Shown here: in pieces, positions 35,701 through 48,795 of the stretch | Layout: every line of letters begins with the position of its first letter | How positions within the stretch are numbered: the first letter of the stretch is position 1 | From: Mustelus asterias | Lineage: Eukaryota | Direction: 5' to 3' | Assembly: GCF_964213995.1 (NCBI RefSeq) | Contig: NC_135804.1 | Span: 97,960,001-98,024,000, forward strand | DNA length: 64,000 nucleotides | Position numbers and translations under genes: made by a program | The notes under the pieces: generated by a model | The model's database searches: none | What the model was told of the DNA's origin: nothing | Seen by the model: only the letters and a program-made list of their open reading frames with translations

Positions 35701-38693
35701 TGCCTTACACTTAAGTGTTATTTGCCAATCCAAGCATGGATATAATTCAGCTACTGCTGTAGATCAGCATGGGTTGTTTCAATATCAGAGGGGTTGTAAG
35801 TAGATTTGAACACTTTTGAATTATCAGCTAAAAGTGGTTGGGCCAAGGATACTGCTCTGAGGAATCCCTGCCGTGATGTGCCATGCTGTGATGAATGGCC
35901 TCCAACAACGATGAGAAATCTTCCTGTGTGTCAAGCATGAATGCAGCCGCTGTACTTTCCCACTGCCCCAGATTATGCTCAGACTTTTGGTGGCATGCTG
36001 AGTTGATGTAGAGGACAGATGCACTCACTGCTCTTTGAAAACTCAGCTGATGTTACCATGTCTGAATCAGCACTGTGATAAGTTCAGGAACAAAATAGCT
36101 CTGACGGAACCCAACTGGAATGGCATGACCAAAGTACCGAGTGAAAGTTCCCCATATCTCAATTCTGGCAGCTGGAATGTTTTGGCATTTCAGTCAGAAT
36201 TCATTGTAATGGGACATCATACATTATCAACCCAGCTCTTAGAGTTACTTAGTTATCTGCTGAATGAATGAATCCACATGAGGTGCAATTGATTTTAACC
36301 TCTTACGCATTAACCTCAAATCACTGGGTAATAACATAAAAAGAGATGATGAGCTTACAGATACAATGAGGCAAGAGCTAAGAAAAGGCCACTTAGTTCA
36401 GTAAGCATCTATGCATCATATGTATTATACTGCAACTTGGGCTCTCCTCCATTGATATTATTAACTGAGGGAGCTCTCTCGCTCCCAAATCAAAAGAAAA
36501 GTCCAAAATATTCCTTGAACCTCACCTCTCTATTGTTCAAACCTGATCTCCACAGACAGTCTTTCCCCCTTCTCACCACCAACCTGCCTCTGCACAAGAA
36601 ACACCGGGGCTGATCTTTCACCTGCAGCAGTGCATGAGAGCGAGTGCGGGTGAGGGTTCAAATCCACTGACATTTACAGCGCATTTCAAAGCTTGACTTG
36701 CCAATTTCCATATGCCGATCACTCAATTAGAACAAATATTTCAGCAAACTTGACTTTAATGTTTCCCAGGTTTCATCAAACTTTCCAATGAATTTCCATT
36801 GGGGATTGAGGGGCTGAATCAATCTCAGGAAAATATGCCAATAAAAACTAAGTATTCACAGTTGCTGACGTGGACATGTTGCTTACTTGCTGATGGGAAA
36901 ATACCTTTACTGAGAGGTTACTTCATACACTTTGGAGGTTTGCCCCATCACATCACTGCTGCTATGTTGCCTCAAGACTGGATCTCAGACGAGTGCCAAG
37001 ATGATCAGCAAACTTCCACTGGTCACACATCTAAGGGTGCAGGACAGAATGGGGAGCAGCAGAGAGAGGGGCAGTAAAAAAGGGACTAAATGAAATGAGA
37101 ACAACAGAGAGGCAACTAGCTGATACTCACAGGAAACATTATCCACAAAACAACCTACAAGTAGAGGATCAGTTCCTTTAACATATCTGAACATAAGTGT
37201 CCCAGGAGGCTCAGGATGTCTCCTGAGTTGGTGTCAAATGTCTGGATCTTTTGAAAAGTCCTGCCACCTGCTGGACCATGTCCTATCAGCTACCAGTCAC
37301 CGCTTCCCTCAACTCTTTCCCTCTGGATCTCTCCAGGACTCTGTGGTAGATGTGTGCAAAATTTCTGTGCTGGTGCCCACAAAGGCATAAAACAGAGACC
37401 AGGTGAATAGTGAGTCTTTTTGTTTAATTTGTTTGTGGTATGTGGGCATCACTGGCAAGGCCTACATTTGTTGCCCACCCCTAATTGTCCTTGAGAGATA
37501 TTAAGAGTCAACCATACGGCTATGGGTCTGGAATCTCATATCGGCCAGACCCAGTAAGGATAGCAGGTTCATTTTTACGAGATGAATTTTTACGTCAATC
37601 AATGATAGTTTCAAGGTCACAATTACAGAGAGTAGCTTTCAATTACAGACATTTTGTAAAATTGAATTTAAATTTAATTGAATTTAAAGCTGTTTCCCAG
37701 ACGATTAGCCTGAGCCTCTGGATTACTAGTCCAGTGACATTACCACTACTCCACCATCTTCATCTGCCTGGCAATTATGTCAACCTGCAATGATGCCAGT
37801 CATTCAGCTTTGTGGCTCTGGTTGTACATGCCAATCTGGACACGTTCAGAACATTGAGGAGTATTTGTGAACCACAAGGATTTTTATCAATATGTGGCTG
37901 GCGTGAAATCAGAGAGATATTTATTGCATATTTGCAATAGATTCCTGGGCAAAATGCCATGATGCCTTTATCCTCTGCAGTCTCACTACCCTGATCACTT
38001 CCAACCTGGAAGAAGACTTAAAAGGGGTGGCTGCTAAGAATTAAGGGACACCAGGGTAAACCTGGCTCATGACACACATCAGAAATCCTAACACTGAAAG
38101 CCAACAACACCACAATGAATATCACCACCAGATGTGTGATTGAATTGGCCAATGACATGATGAAGATCCATTGCAGGAACCTGAGCAGATCCGGAGTTGC
38201 CTTTCAGGATACACCAATCAGAGTCATTATATGTGCTCTGCGAACAATATTCTTTCTTACAGTACGATTGCATCTCATTTCCTCTTGTTCCCGTTTGTAT
38301 TATTCACATTACTATCCTTTCCTGGTGATTTACTCCACAATTCTGGGTGAAATTGTTGGATTTGATTTCCTTGCTCTCAATTTTTCAGCAAACTTGCCAT
38401 TGGGATTTCAACCAGCTGCTGTTTGTGATCAATTTGCTTGGATCAGTCTGCAGCTTATGGTAAATAGCACCAGCACTCGGTTTCAACTCCGAGAGAAAAA
38501 CTATGTCAAATGGATACATGTGGAGCAATGAATTTTAGACCTCATTAAGGGGGGTGGTTTGAGGCTGATTACTTTGTAATTCTGCCCTGCTGGGTCAGCT
38601 GAAATAAAATATATGGGAAAATTCAAAAAGAGACACGAGTGATTATATCCTGGGCTAGTATTCCAGAGACTCGGACTAATGATTTAGACAAAC

Positions 38694-39010
38694 AGGACCT
38701 GATTTTACCATCGTGTTACGCTTGTTTTCGGGTGTGAAAACTTAGTAAAGTAGAGCGATCTGCGCCCACCTCCACGCCGGGTTCCCCTTTACTAAGGCCT
38801 GAAAATGGCCACAATCGGGACCACCCACAAAATGGGCACAACGGCCATTTAGATGCATTTGCATGCATTTAAATTGATTTAATGGGCTGCACGCCCAAAT
38901 TTACCAGCATTTTCCCCTTTACCACCGCGTTCGCCCATCCGGAATTGGTGCGAAACAGACATGTTCCATATAAGTCCGATTCGGGCGCTCCATCAGTGAG
39001 GGTTAGTGAT
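38694..39010. mobile_element. One arm of the Harbinger-like non-autonomous family
   Basis: Starts AGGACCTGATTTTACC and is colinear with 48796-49113. Confidence 0.75.
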
Positions 39011-39183
39011 CTCTGCAGGTTTCTTTCTCTAATTGCCACGGATGGGTATTTTTCTCCTGCTCCTCACAACCGCCATCTAGGGAGGAACCACTGAGATGGG
39101 CCACAGTCTTTGCTCATTCAGACTCCATTTTGACACTCCCAATTCTCTGACAGCCAACTCCTGCTCCTTCATGTTTGGAGCTT

Positions 39184-39320
39184 ACATAGAGTCATAGGGG
39201 TTTGCAGCATGGAAACAAGCCCTTCGGCCCAATTTGTCCATGCTGCCCTTTTTCTGAACCACTAAGCTAGTCCCAATTGCCCATGTTTGACACATATCCC
39301 TCTATACCCACCTTACCCTG
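39184..39320 (-). mobile_element. CR1 3'UTR fragment
   Basis: CATAGAGTCATAG...CAGCATGGAAACAAGCCCTTCGGCCCAA, similar to 49114-49260. Confidence 0.75.
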
Positions 39321-40455
39321 AATTACTGGAGTTGAGTTTGAGTCAGGCGGATCCAGGTCACACCCAACTGCCACTGATTGAGCGGGAAACAAAATGAAAA
39401 TGACATGGCTATTTAAAAAATCTACTGACAGACTCTGCACTTACTGCTGGCTTTCCAAATGTTATCGGAATGCCCACTGTCTACCACCCTCCAATCCACA
39501 ATACTGTAAACTTAAAACCGGGCACAAGTTTGCTGGTTTAGTGTTGAAACTTTGCAATTCCAGTATTCTCTGTTTATTTTGTGTGCAGGCAGCAACTAGC
39601 GGTAACAATTTCTTCAAAGATAATAAAGATGTTCCATAAATTCAATTAATGGTCAATGTTCAACCTCCCCATTGTGTTGTATCATGTAAAATGTTAACTT
39701 AAGAATGCTAATAGCCAGTCATCCCATTCTACATTGCAGCACACTCAAGATTTAATCAGCCTATTTCATGTCTTTCCCGATCCATATTGAACTACTTTTG
39801 CTGAATTAGGAATTGATCCATTTCCTTCGGAGTCATTATTCATTGGACCAATTAAAGTCAATGTGCACACTGAAGAAGTTATTTTTTTCTTCATTTGTGG
39901 CTTCTTCAGTCTATAATTACATGCTCTATTTTTATTATTCTTGTTGTTCATCAAAAGAATTCTTGGCATCCATCTTATCATTTCTCATTTATTTCAATCG
40001 TTTGGGTTCTATGACTTGAATCTTTTTCTTAGATGAAAGGAATGCTCTATCTTCATCAGACACAGGAAGTGTAGGTGGGAGGGTGGTGTAACTATTTTAC
40101 ATGTCAGGACCAGCAATGCTTGGAGATGCACGGAAGTCCTCTTGGGTGGGAAACACTGGAGGAAAGACCAGAGAACCAGATAAGTGTGAACACAACCAGT
40201 GTGGTAGGTCCAACCCCAGAATGAGGGAGGTCCAATCGTGGGTTAGGGATTTGATCCAGGTGGAGTGTCTGATCCCAGAATGGGAATGTCAGATCCTGAT
40301 GCAGGGGTCTCATCCATGCCACTGGGTAAGGTTGGGAGTATCTGATTCCTGATTCTGAGGGAGGGTTTCGAGCCTGAAGGCATGACAGATCCCACGGATG
40401 CCCAATCTCAGGGAGTCTGATCCCACAGGGAAATCTGTCAAAAATCAGAGACTGA

Positions 40456-40580
40456 GGGCAGGATTTTGCATCTGTGCTTGCCCCAAGGCCGTAAAATCCC
40501 ACCTGAGGTCAACGGACCTTTGCATGGTCCAACCCCGCCCATTACGATTCTTGTGACGGGCAGGATGGGAAAATCCGCCC
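40456..40580. mobile_element. MITE, TSD TGA
   Basis: GGGCAGGATTTT...GAAAATCCGCCC, flanked by TGA at 40453-40455 and 40581-40583. Confidence 0.85.
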
Positions 40581-41058
40581 TGAGGGTTCAGAGGCTGGCA
40601 GAGGGAGGGGACAGTTGGTCAGAAATTGAAGACACAAGGGATTGAAAGCTGGGGGCAGATGGAGTTGGAGGCTTCGAGGGAGAGGTTAGATCCCTTTGGA
40701 AGGGTTAGAGGTCTGGCTGTGAGGGAGATCAGAGGTCCTTGCTTAGAGATTGGAAGATTCGGGGAAGAAGTCAGAGGCCTTGATGGGAGGTCAGAGGGAG
40801 ATTGAAAAGGTGGGCAGAGGTTCCTGGTTATGGGTGGTTGACAAAGCAGGAACATTATTTCCAGCATACAGATCCTTCTGGATTCAACAGTCTTTGTCTT
40901 CCTTTTGATGGCTGGTTTACTGAGGCCCTGGAAATCCAGCCGGCCAGTTAAATTTGAAATGACACATAAATGTCAGGCACACCACCTCATCATAATGGTT
41001 AAATTGTCAACCTGCCTCATGGGTGTGGGTTGTTCACCTCCCTCTCCACGCATTCCCC

Positions 41059-41393
41059 CTCACTCAGTTGTACAGAGCACTTTTCCAAATCAAAAACAAT
41101 GACCATAACCAAAAGGTCCACATGCACAGGGTGGATCTGTTAAGTTCCATTGTTTGTGAAGGGGACAGTTTCTCGAGAGCTTTTTGGAACTGTTCCAGTC
41201 AACAATGTACCAGCCCACAAGAATCTAAACAAGCAAACATATGAATTGGCAAAAGCTCTTTTAAAAAGGGCAGCTCAAGCAATCGACCCTTATATAACAA
41301 TTTTTGAACCAGGAATTAATGGTCAGGAAGGCCATTACTAACCTGTCAGAGCATGCCTTCGATTTGATCCTTAAATGATAAGATATTGATAGC
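41059..41393 (+). pseudogene. PDS5B: Intronless, degenerate fragment of the cohesin regulator PDS5B (about aa 150-270)
   Basis: Reading across frameshifts: [35 protein letters not shown] / VSREL...[31 protein letters not shown] / FLNQELMVRKAITNLSEHAFDLILK**DIDS. This matches recalled vertebrate PDS5B ([41 protein letters not shown]...[64 protein letters not shown]) better than PDS5A. Confidence 0.9.
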
Positions 41394-41499
41394 TCCAAAA
41401 GGGTTCCCAACCCTCACTGCCTGCCTTCATTAAAACTGGGAGTGGGTGGATTGGAGGTAGACTGGGTCAGAAATTAGATTTTTAAGTCAGTACATGCCT

Positions 41500-42646
41500 T
41501 TGACACAAAGCTGGGTGGGAGGGTGCAGAGAACCTTCAGTGTGATTTGGACAAGTTGAGTGAGTGGGCAAATGAACAGCAGACGCAGTACAATTTGGACA
41601 AATGTGAGGTTATCCACTTTGGTAACAGAAATGGGAAGGCAGATTACATCTGAATTTCCATAAATGAGGAGAGGGGAATGTGCAATGAGACGTGGCTGTC
41701 CTCGTACAGCAGTCATTGAAAGCAAGCATGCAAGTGCAGCAGGTGGTAAAAAAAAGCAAATGGTACGTTGGTCATCATAGCGAGAGGATTCGAGTGCAGG
41801 AGCAGGGATGTCTTGAAGAAATTATACAGGGCCTTAGAGAGGCCACACCTGGAATATTGTGTGCCGTTTTGAACACCCTATCTGAGGAAGGTCATTCTTG
41901 CTCTCGAGGAAGTGCAGAGAACTTTTACCAGGCTGATTCCTGGAATGGTCGGTCTGACGTATGAGGATTGAGTCGGTTAGGATTGTACTCACTGGAATTC
42001 AGAAGAATGAGGGCAGATCGCATAGAAAGTTTTAAAATTCTAACAGGACTAGACAGGTGTGGTGGACCTCAGTTGTGCCTTTGTCCTATATGGACCACCG
42101 TTGTGTGTATTTGTCATACCTGGACACACCCCCTTCCAGTTTGGTTCCTCCCCTCGACACCTAGTATAAAGGTGGCTGTCTCCCCCCCCTTGTTCAGTCC
42201 AGGTCGGTTATTTGTTGGGATCTGCTCCTGATTCTGTTGTGAATAAAAGCCTACACTTGTATTGGCACACCGGTAGTCTTTCGCCTTATTGATAGCGCAT
42301 CAACAGGGTAGATGCAAGAAGGATGTTCCCGATCGTGGGTATGTCCAGAACCAGGGGTCACAATCTGAGGATACAGGTCGACCATTTAAGACAGAGATGG
42401 GGAAAGATTTCTTCACATAGAGAGTGGTCAGTCTATGGAATTCACTACCACAGCAAGTAGTTGAGGCGAAAATATTGAATGTTTTCAAGAAGCAGTTACA
42501 TATGGCATTTGCGGTGAAGCAGATCAAAGGATATGAGGGGAAGGTGGGATCAGGCTATTGGTTTGGATGATCAGCCATGATCATAATGAATGGTGCAGCA
42601 GATTTGAAGGGCTGAATGGCCTCCTCCTGCTGTTATTTTCTATGTT
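41500..42646 (+). mobile_element. CR1 3' fragment interrupted by a solo LTR
   Basis: DTKLGG...KCEVIHFG...RPHLEYCV.F..P...LGLYSLEFRRMR.D.IE.FKILTGLDR; 3'UTR ends GAATGGCCTCCTCCTGCT...TTTCTATGT. Confidence 0.88.
42058..42302 (+). mobile_element. Solo LTR (245 bp) of a Gypsy family related to 58105-63031, TSD ACAGG
   Basis: Termini TGTGGTGGACC...TAGCGCATCA; contains TATAAA, a TTCAGT Inr-like motif and AATAAA; ACAGG at 42053-42057 and 42303-42307. Confidence 0.88.
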
Positions 42647-42989
42647 TGGATCTTTGTAATGTCAGATAAGGCAGAACTGGTAAAAAGTGATTGAGAAATT
42701 GAACCATCTTTTAAATTGTGATACTTCCTTCATTTTAAAAATGGGTGGAGGTGTCAAGCAGATTTAAGATTTGGATAAGATAAAGATTAAAGAAGTTTGG
42801 AAAAAGAATTGGATGAAAAGGAATTAATTCTAGAGTGCCCGGATGGTTTTTGATTTGTGCTTTCGTTTAGCAGCAGGGTAAGCAGATATTTACTTCAGTG
42901 AATTGGAGAATAATAGAGTATAGAATTGTAAGTGTTAAAACTACAGAAGATGTGAGTTCAAAGTGGAGGCATAAGAATGTATGTCACAA

Positions 42990-44370
42990 TTACATACTAA
43001 CAGCATAGCTTCTAAGGCAGGTTGCTTCGCAGTTGAAGAGATCCTTGTACTTTATCATTTCTGGGGCCTGGTGTTGCAGAGCATGTGTACCTCCAGACCA
43101 AGTGTGATGCTGCTCCGACGACTTAGCAGCGGCCTTACGTTCTAGTTGACTATGCAAAACTTGAAACTGCCCTGTGTGCAATGAAAAGTGCCCACACTCT
43201 CTGTGTGGATGCTTTGTCTGCCATAGGCCCACAAGGTCCACCTGGGTATTTGGGATTGGTACTGCAAATGGGTCTAGTTCTCATAGCATTCGACTGAGTA
43301 ATACATTGCACTTTGCTCCAGTGTTAATCTTTGCCTCCAGTTTTGTGTTGTTACAAACCATGTTCAGGGAGGAGAAGATCTCACCCTTTTCAGTGATGGT
43401 GTCGACACTCTCACAGTAGAGTGTTGTTGGAGGCTGAGTTCCAGTTCATTCACCTTGCTGATGCTTCTAACTTGGAGGATTAATTGACTGCAGTGTGGCT
43501 GTTGTCAAAAGTAAGCTGCTGCGATTTCATTCTGCAATATTTTCTGAAGTGACTCCACTTTCCACATTTGTTGCAGCATTTACCATGTGCCAAACATGCT
43601 ATTCTGTTCTGGGGGTGATGTCCAGTAAAGTTGAGGCAGGGCATGACTGCAAAAACTTTACTTTCCCACCTAAGCTCCTTGCTGCTTTTCCAGACTGGAT
43701 GCAGACGCTAATGGATGTAGGTTTAAGTCATTCTCTCACAGCAGCTGTTTGTGGACTAGGTTTTTGTAGACCCCTCAGACTATTTGATCCCTGACTAACT
43801 CAGCAGTAAGAATGTCAAATGTACATTTCTTCACTAAGATTTCCAAAGTTGCCATGTATGATTGTATCGATTAGTTAGGTCTGTGATTTTTAGTGTTAAA
43901 CGTGTGCCTGTCTGACAGGCAAATATTCTCAAACTTTTTTAGAATTATTTTGGGGTCCTCTTTCTCCTCCTCCATTTGAAACACAAAGGACCTGAATTTC
44001 TCAATGGCCTTGTGGCCCGCTAGATTTAGTGAGGTGGAAGCTTGGACCTTTTTTGATTTGTCCAATAATTCAATATCAGAATATATACACCACTCCTTTT
44101 CAAACCTGAGCCAGTTTTTCATTATATTCTCATTGAATACGAGCAGGTTGATGCAGCAAAGTTGTCGTGCCATAACTGCCAACTCCTGACACCATGTAGA
44201 AGCGTTGAGCTCCCAGAGACTGGCAACCAAGGAATTGTAACAAACAATAATTTATTCACTAGCTCAGGAGACACTCCAGGCTTCTGCTTTGCTTGTGCTC
44301 TGGGGAGATCTGCTGTGCTTCCGTCATAAGACCTCTTAAGTAACCACGTCATCATATGACCACTCGGTCT
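42990..44370 (-). mobile_element. Old Gypsy LTR retrotransposon remnant (5' LTR piece, PBS, gag, zinc knuckle, protease)
   Basis: gag N-terminus NWLRFEKEWCIY...KVQA...LNLAG..AIEKF..F...EDPKIILKKFE; knuckle CNKCGKWSHFRKYC (about 43535-43580); protease KINTGAKCNV (about 43300-43335). Confidence 0.8.
44182..44194 (-). promoter_or_regulatory. Primer-binding site complementary to the tRNA-Leu 3' end
   Basis: Minus strand ...ACA|TGGTGTCAGGAGT is complementary to ACUCCUGACACCA-3' of tRNA-Leu(CAG-type). Confidence 0.75.
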
Positions 44371-44881
44371 ATATCAATAATGATTAAAATAAAACTTCAC
44401 TGATGCCAGGTGAAGAACAGTGAAGCATTTTCTAACATTCTCTTGCAGACATTGGAAAGGATGGATTTATGTATTTGCTGACATGTCACAGAGAATTAAT
44501 GAGTTTCAAGACCTACTAGCTGCTAAATGTGGCATTTATTTCATTGTAACATATTTTCCTAAAACCAACTGCACAGCTCATTACAAACTAATTTCTTCAT
44601 GAGGTCCTTGAACCGGTATTAAGACCTTAATTTCCAAATATAAAAAATATTTAAAACAACCTCAAAAGTTTAGCAATGTACTAATCCATGACTACAGTAA
44701 TTTCCACTCAACGTACAGCTGCATTTCTGAGAATTGTAACTTTATATTAATCAAAGTTAAATGAATCAAATAATCCCATGACAACCAATGTAAGAGTTTT
44801 AGTTAAGATTTTTAGACTGTTCATCATCAGCAAAGAACTTTAAAACAGATACATTGTACATTCCTAAATTCCTACATTTGT

Positions 44882-46200
44882 ACATAGAACATAGAACATT
44901 ACTGCACAGTACAGGCCCTTCAGCCCTCGATGTTGCGCCAACCTGTGAAACCAATCTAAAGCCCCTCTAACCTACACTATTCCAATATCATCCATATGTT
45001 TATCCAATGACCATTTAAATGCCCTTAATGTTGACGAATCCACTACTGTTACAGGCAGGGCATTCCACACCCTGAGTAAAGAACCTACCTCTGACATCTG
45101 TCCTATATCTATCACCCCTCAATTTAAAGCTATGTCCCCTCGTGCTCGCCATCACCATCCGAGGAAAAAGGCTCTCACTGTCCACCCTATCTAATCCTCT
45201 GATCATCTTGTATGTCTCTATTAAGTCTCCTCTTAACCTTCTTCTCTCTAATGAAAACAGCCTCAAGTCTCTCAGCCTTTCCTCATAAGACCTTCCCACT
45301 ATACCAGGCAACATCCTGGTAAATCTCCTCTGCACCCTTTCCAATGCTTCCACATCCTCCCTATAATGCGGCGACCAGAACTGTACGCAATACTCCCAAG
45401 TGCGGCCACACCAGAGTTTTGTACAGCTGCAACATGACCTCATGTCTCCGAAACTCAATCTCTCTACCAATAAAAGCTAACACACCATACGCCTTCTTAA
45501 CAACCCTATCAACCTGGGTGCCAACTTTCAGGGATCTATGCACATGGACACCGAGATCTCTCTGCTCATCCACACTACCAAGTATCTTACCATTAGCCCA
45601 GTACTCTGTATCCCTGTTACTCCTTCCAAAGTGAATCACCTCACACTTATCCGCATTAAACTCCATTTGCCACCTCTCAGCCCAGCTCTGCAGCTTATCT
45701 ATGTCCCTCTGTAACCTGCAACATCCTTCCGCACTGTCCACAACTCCACCGACTTTAGTGTCATCCGCAAATTTACTAACCCATCCTTCTATGCCCTCAT
45801 CCAGGTCATTTATAAAAATGACAAACAGCAGTGGCCCCAAAACAGATCCTTGCGGTACACCACTAGTAACTGAACTCCAGGATGAACATTTCCCATCAAC
45901 CACCACCCTCTGTCTTCTTACAGATGGCCAATTTCTGATCCAAACCGCTAAATCACCTTCAATTCCATGCGTCCGTATTTTCTGCAATAGCTTACTGTGG
46001 GGAACCTTATCAAATGCTTTACTGAAATCCATATACACCACATCAACTACTTTACCCTTATCCACCTCTCTGGTCACCTTCTCAAAGAACTCAATAAGGT
46101 TGTGAGGCATGACCTACCCTTCACAAAACCATGTTGACCATCCCTAATCAAATTATTCCTTTCTAGATTATTATAAATCCTATCTCTTATAATCCTTTCC
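44882..46200 (-). mobile_element. Young CR1 (HER1-like) LINE, 5'-truncated, RT nearly intact
   Basis: ORFs 45361-46110 and 45015-45470 (YMDFSKAFDKVPH, VPQGSVLGP, FADDTK, EYCVQFWSPHY) are separated by one frameshift; tail (TGTTCTA)n. Confidence 0.95.
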
Positions 46201-48795
46201 ATATGAAACAACTTTTAAAAGAAAATAAATTTAAAAGTGTAAAGAAATATGCTGACACATTCTATTTACTTCCTTGTCACCGTCTTTCATTCCCCGACCT
46301 TTCCACTCGCCCAACCCCTCCCACTCCCCAACTCTCCCACTCCCTGACCCTCCCACACCCTGAGCCTCCCACTCGCCGCCTCTCCTGCTCCCTTAACCTC
46401 CCACTCCCTGACCCTCCCACACTCTGATCCTCTAGCTCACTGCCTCTCCCGCTCCCTGATAAGATGTAATTAAGTAAAAATACATTCACATTGGAACCAA
46501 ATAAAGATAAGTTTAATGATATTTTCTCTTGCAATTGATTTTCCTCAGTTTTTAAAATAGATTTTCTAAATCTGCTTTTACTGCAATACTATTTCAAAAC
46601 TTTCAATGTGTTATTTACAAAAATATACATATAATATTATAATCCCTGGAAATACCAATATCTCTTTAGAAAAGAGATGAATTTCCCAGCAACTGTTGGG
46701 AAGAATCGCAAAACAAGTATTCACGTCTAAGATATTTACTGAAACAAACAAACTAAAAGCACCATTAACTGCACATTACTTAATAGGCAACTAATATGCC
46801 AAACTACAGAAAAAGTATTTCCTTACTAACTAAACAACACAATTGATGTATTCTTCATGATCTGGTTCTACTTCACATCATACTGCTTGCAGACATGTCC
46901 TCCAACATGAACTCTTTTTGACTTTCCGCAGGCTTCCTTCAGCCTTCCATGCCAGGGTGAATCTTCCGGCATCCTTCGATCATCAATCCACCCAGTCTTC
47001 TGAATGAGCCCAAAATGACTTCTAGTGACAAGGCCCACTCCAGCAACTACTTGGTCCTTAAATCTCCAGTTCCGTCCCTTACTACAGATAATCAATTCTC
47101 ACCATCACTGTCCTGGGTGGCGAACATGAAATAATCTTTTTATCTGCTTTTCACAGCAGCAGTTCTTTCTGTCTCCCTCTCTGTGCCTCTGTGTGTCTCT
47201 GTATCCAGAAAACCAGCTGCCTTTCTTTTGTTTCAAGGTCTGAAAACTGTCACTTGATTTCTATAGGTTTCAGTTACAAATCTCATGGGCCTGTCTTCAA
47301 ATAGCTTTTAGAATGATCACCATCCCCATCTTCAGGACATGCTATTTCACCTAAAAATTTTAAAGGAGGCTGTTTAAAACGTGACCATCTGATAAAGTCC
47401 CACATTCTTAACAGTAAAAACACTTCATTTAGCTGATTCCGCTTATCATTTCTTGAAAGTAAATCAATGGTGTAAAATTTGATATTGTTACACCATTTTT
47501 TGACTTTAATTGGTTGTTTAATATATCAATATCACAGTAAGATGTCCTAGGTGATGTGTACATGAAATGGCCACTACCATTTTGGCTCGGTGCTCCTGGT
47601 GGCTCGCCTGAAATAAGCATTGAGCTGATTACAATATGATTCTCAGGCTTCTATTTGGCCCCTTTTGAGAAATCAGTGCCTGGGAACATTCGATTCAATC
47701 ATTCTTAAGCTCACAGATTGAATCATGCAGGGGATACTCCAGAATCTGAATATAGCATTGAAATTCAAAGGGATCTGCAACTCCATTCAGGTAAATCTCT
47801 GAATAGTGGCTTTGGACTGCTGGAGATACTTGGAGCCTTGCGTTGCCCGTTTTTGCTCAGTTTTCACAGTTATCTGCAGTACAGTATTGCTGAAAAGTTA
47901 ACCCATGGCTGCAGGTGAATAGTTTTATTTCACTGGCACACCTTGGCATTCAGAAACATGGTATGCTGTAGGCATTGTGATTAAGTCTGCCACATCAGAG
48001 AGAACAGCAGCAGCAGAAAGCATGGCAGCGCCGACCTGTGAATGATCAAAGAAAGTGGCAAAGAAGCAAAGGACACAAGAGGTCTGTGTCTTTCAGAAAT
48101 AAAGGGCCTGAACATGAAAAATGTCTTGAAAGTGTACTACAGCTTGCCCAACTGCCTACAGGCAAATTGCACTTTTTAAACCAGACTTGCGTTTTTCTTA
48201 GAAATAGGCAAAGACACTGACCAAAACATGGCTGATTTTGCAAAGTGACCACCTGCTGGAAAATCATATGTGAATTATACTGACTAGGAGGACAAGGAAT
48301 GTTGAACCTGAGGAAGTGTGAAGGCCCATCCACTTCAAACGGAGATATCTGAAAGCAAGGTATGGAAAATGCACAATTCTCCTGGGTTTGTGAGGATAAT
48401 GGAGACTTTTCCATACATCTCATCAGATATCTAAAAAAAATCCTCTTGATTTATCTCTCAAAATGTGTAAAATGTTCTGAGATGAATGCAAAACATAACC
48501 ATTTCCCCGTGTGGGACCACACAGGGAAAGTGGGTTAAAAATAGTCTGATGATCAGCAGAAGAACAAAGAAAAAGAAGGATCTCCATCTCTCTCCCTCTC
48601 TCTTGCTGGAGGCAGGTTGCCTAGTAGGCACAAGCAGAAAGAAACAGGGTAGCCCCTTCAGTTAACCCTGCAGCAAAAACCAGGTCATCAGTCCCTCTGG
48701 GGATAAACCAAAAAGTGTTTCTAATAGACAACAAGGACACCTCCAAAGTCTACCAGAATCATTCAACTTAACGGTCACAACATACCAGCATCTAT

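Noticed and set aside
39443-39503. Possible ~59-nt minus-strand exon (TTTACAG|...|GTAAGT)
   Set aside because: Isolated splice-like signals only; the peptide is unrecognised and no partner exon is supported.
39760-40050. AT-rich, coding-like minus-strand stretch (LPVSDEDRAFL...) as an ancient transposase or exon
   Set aside because: Many stops and no motif I can assign with confidence.
41023-41341. Functional PDS5B exon(s)
   Set aside because: The fragment has frameshifts and stops, no flanking splice sites, and no other PDS5B exons are seen in the window.
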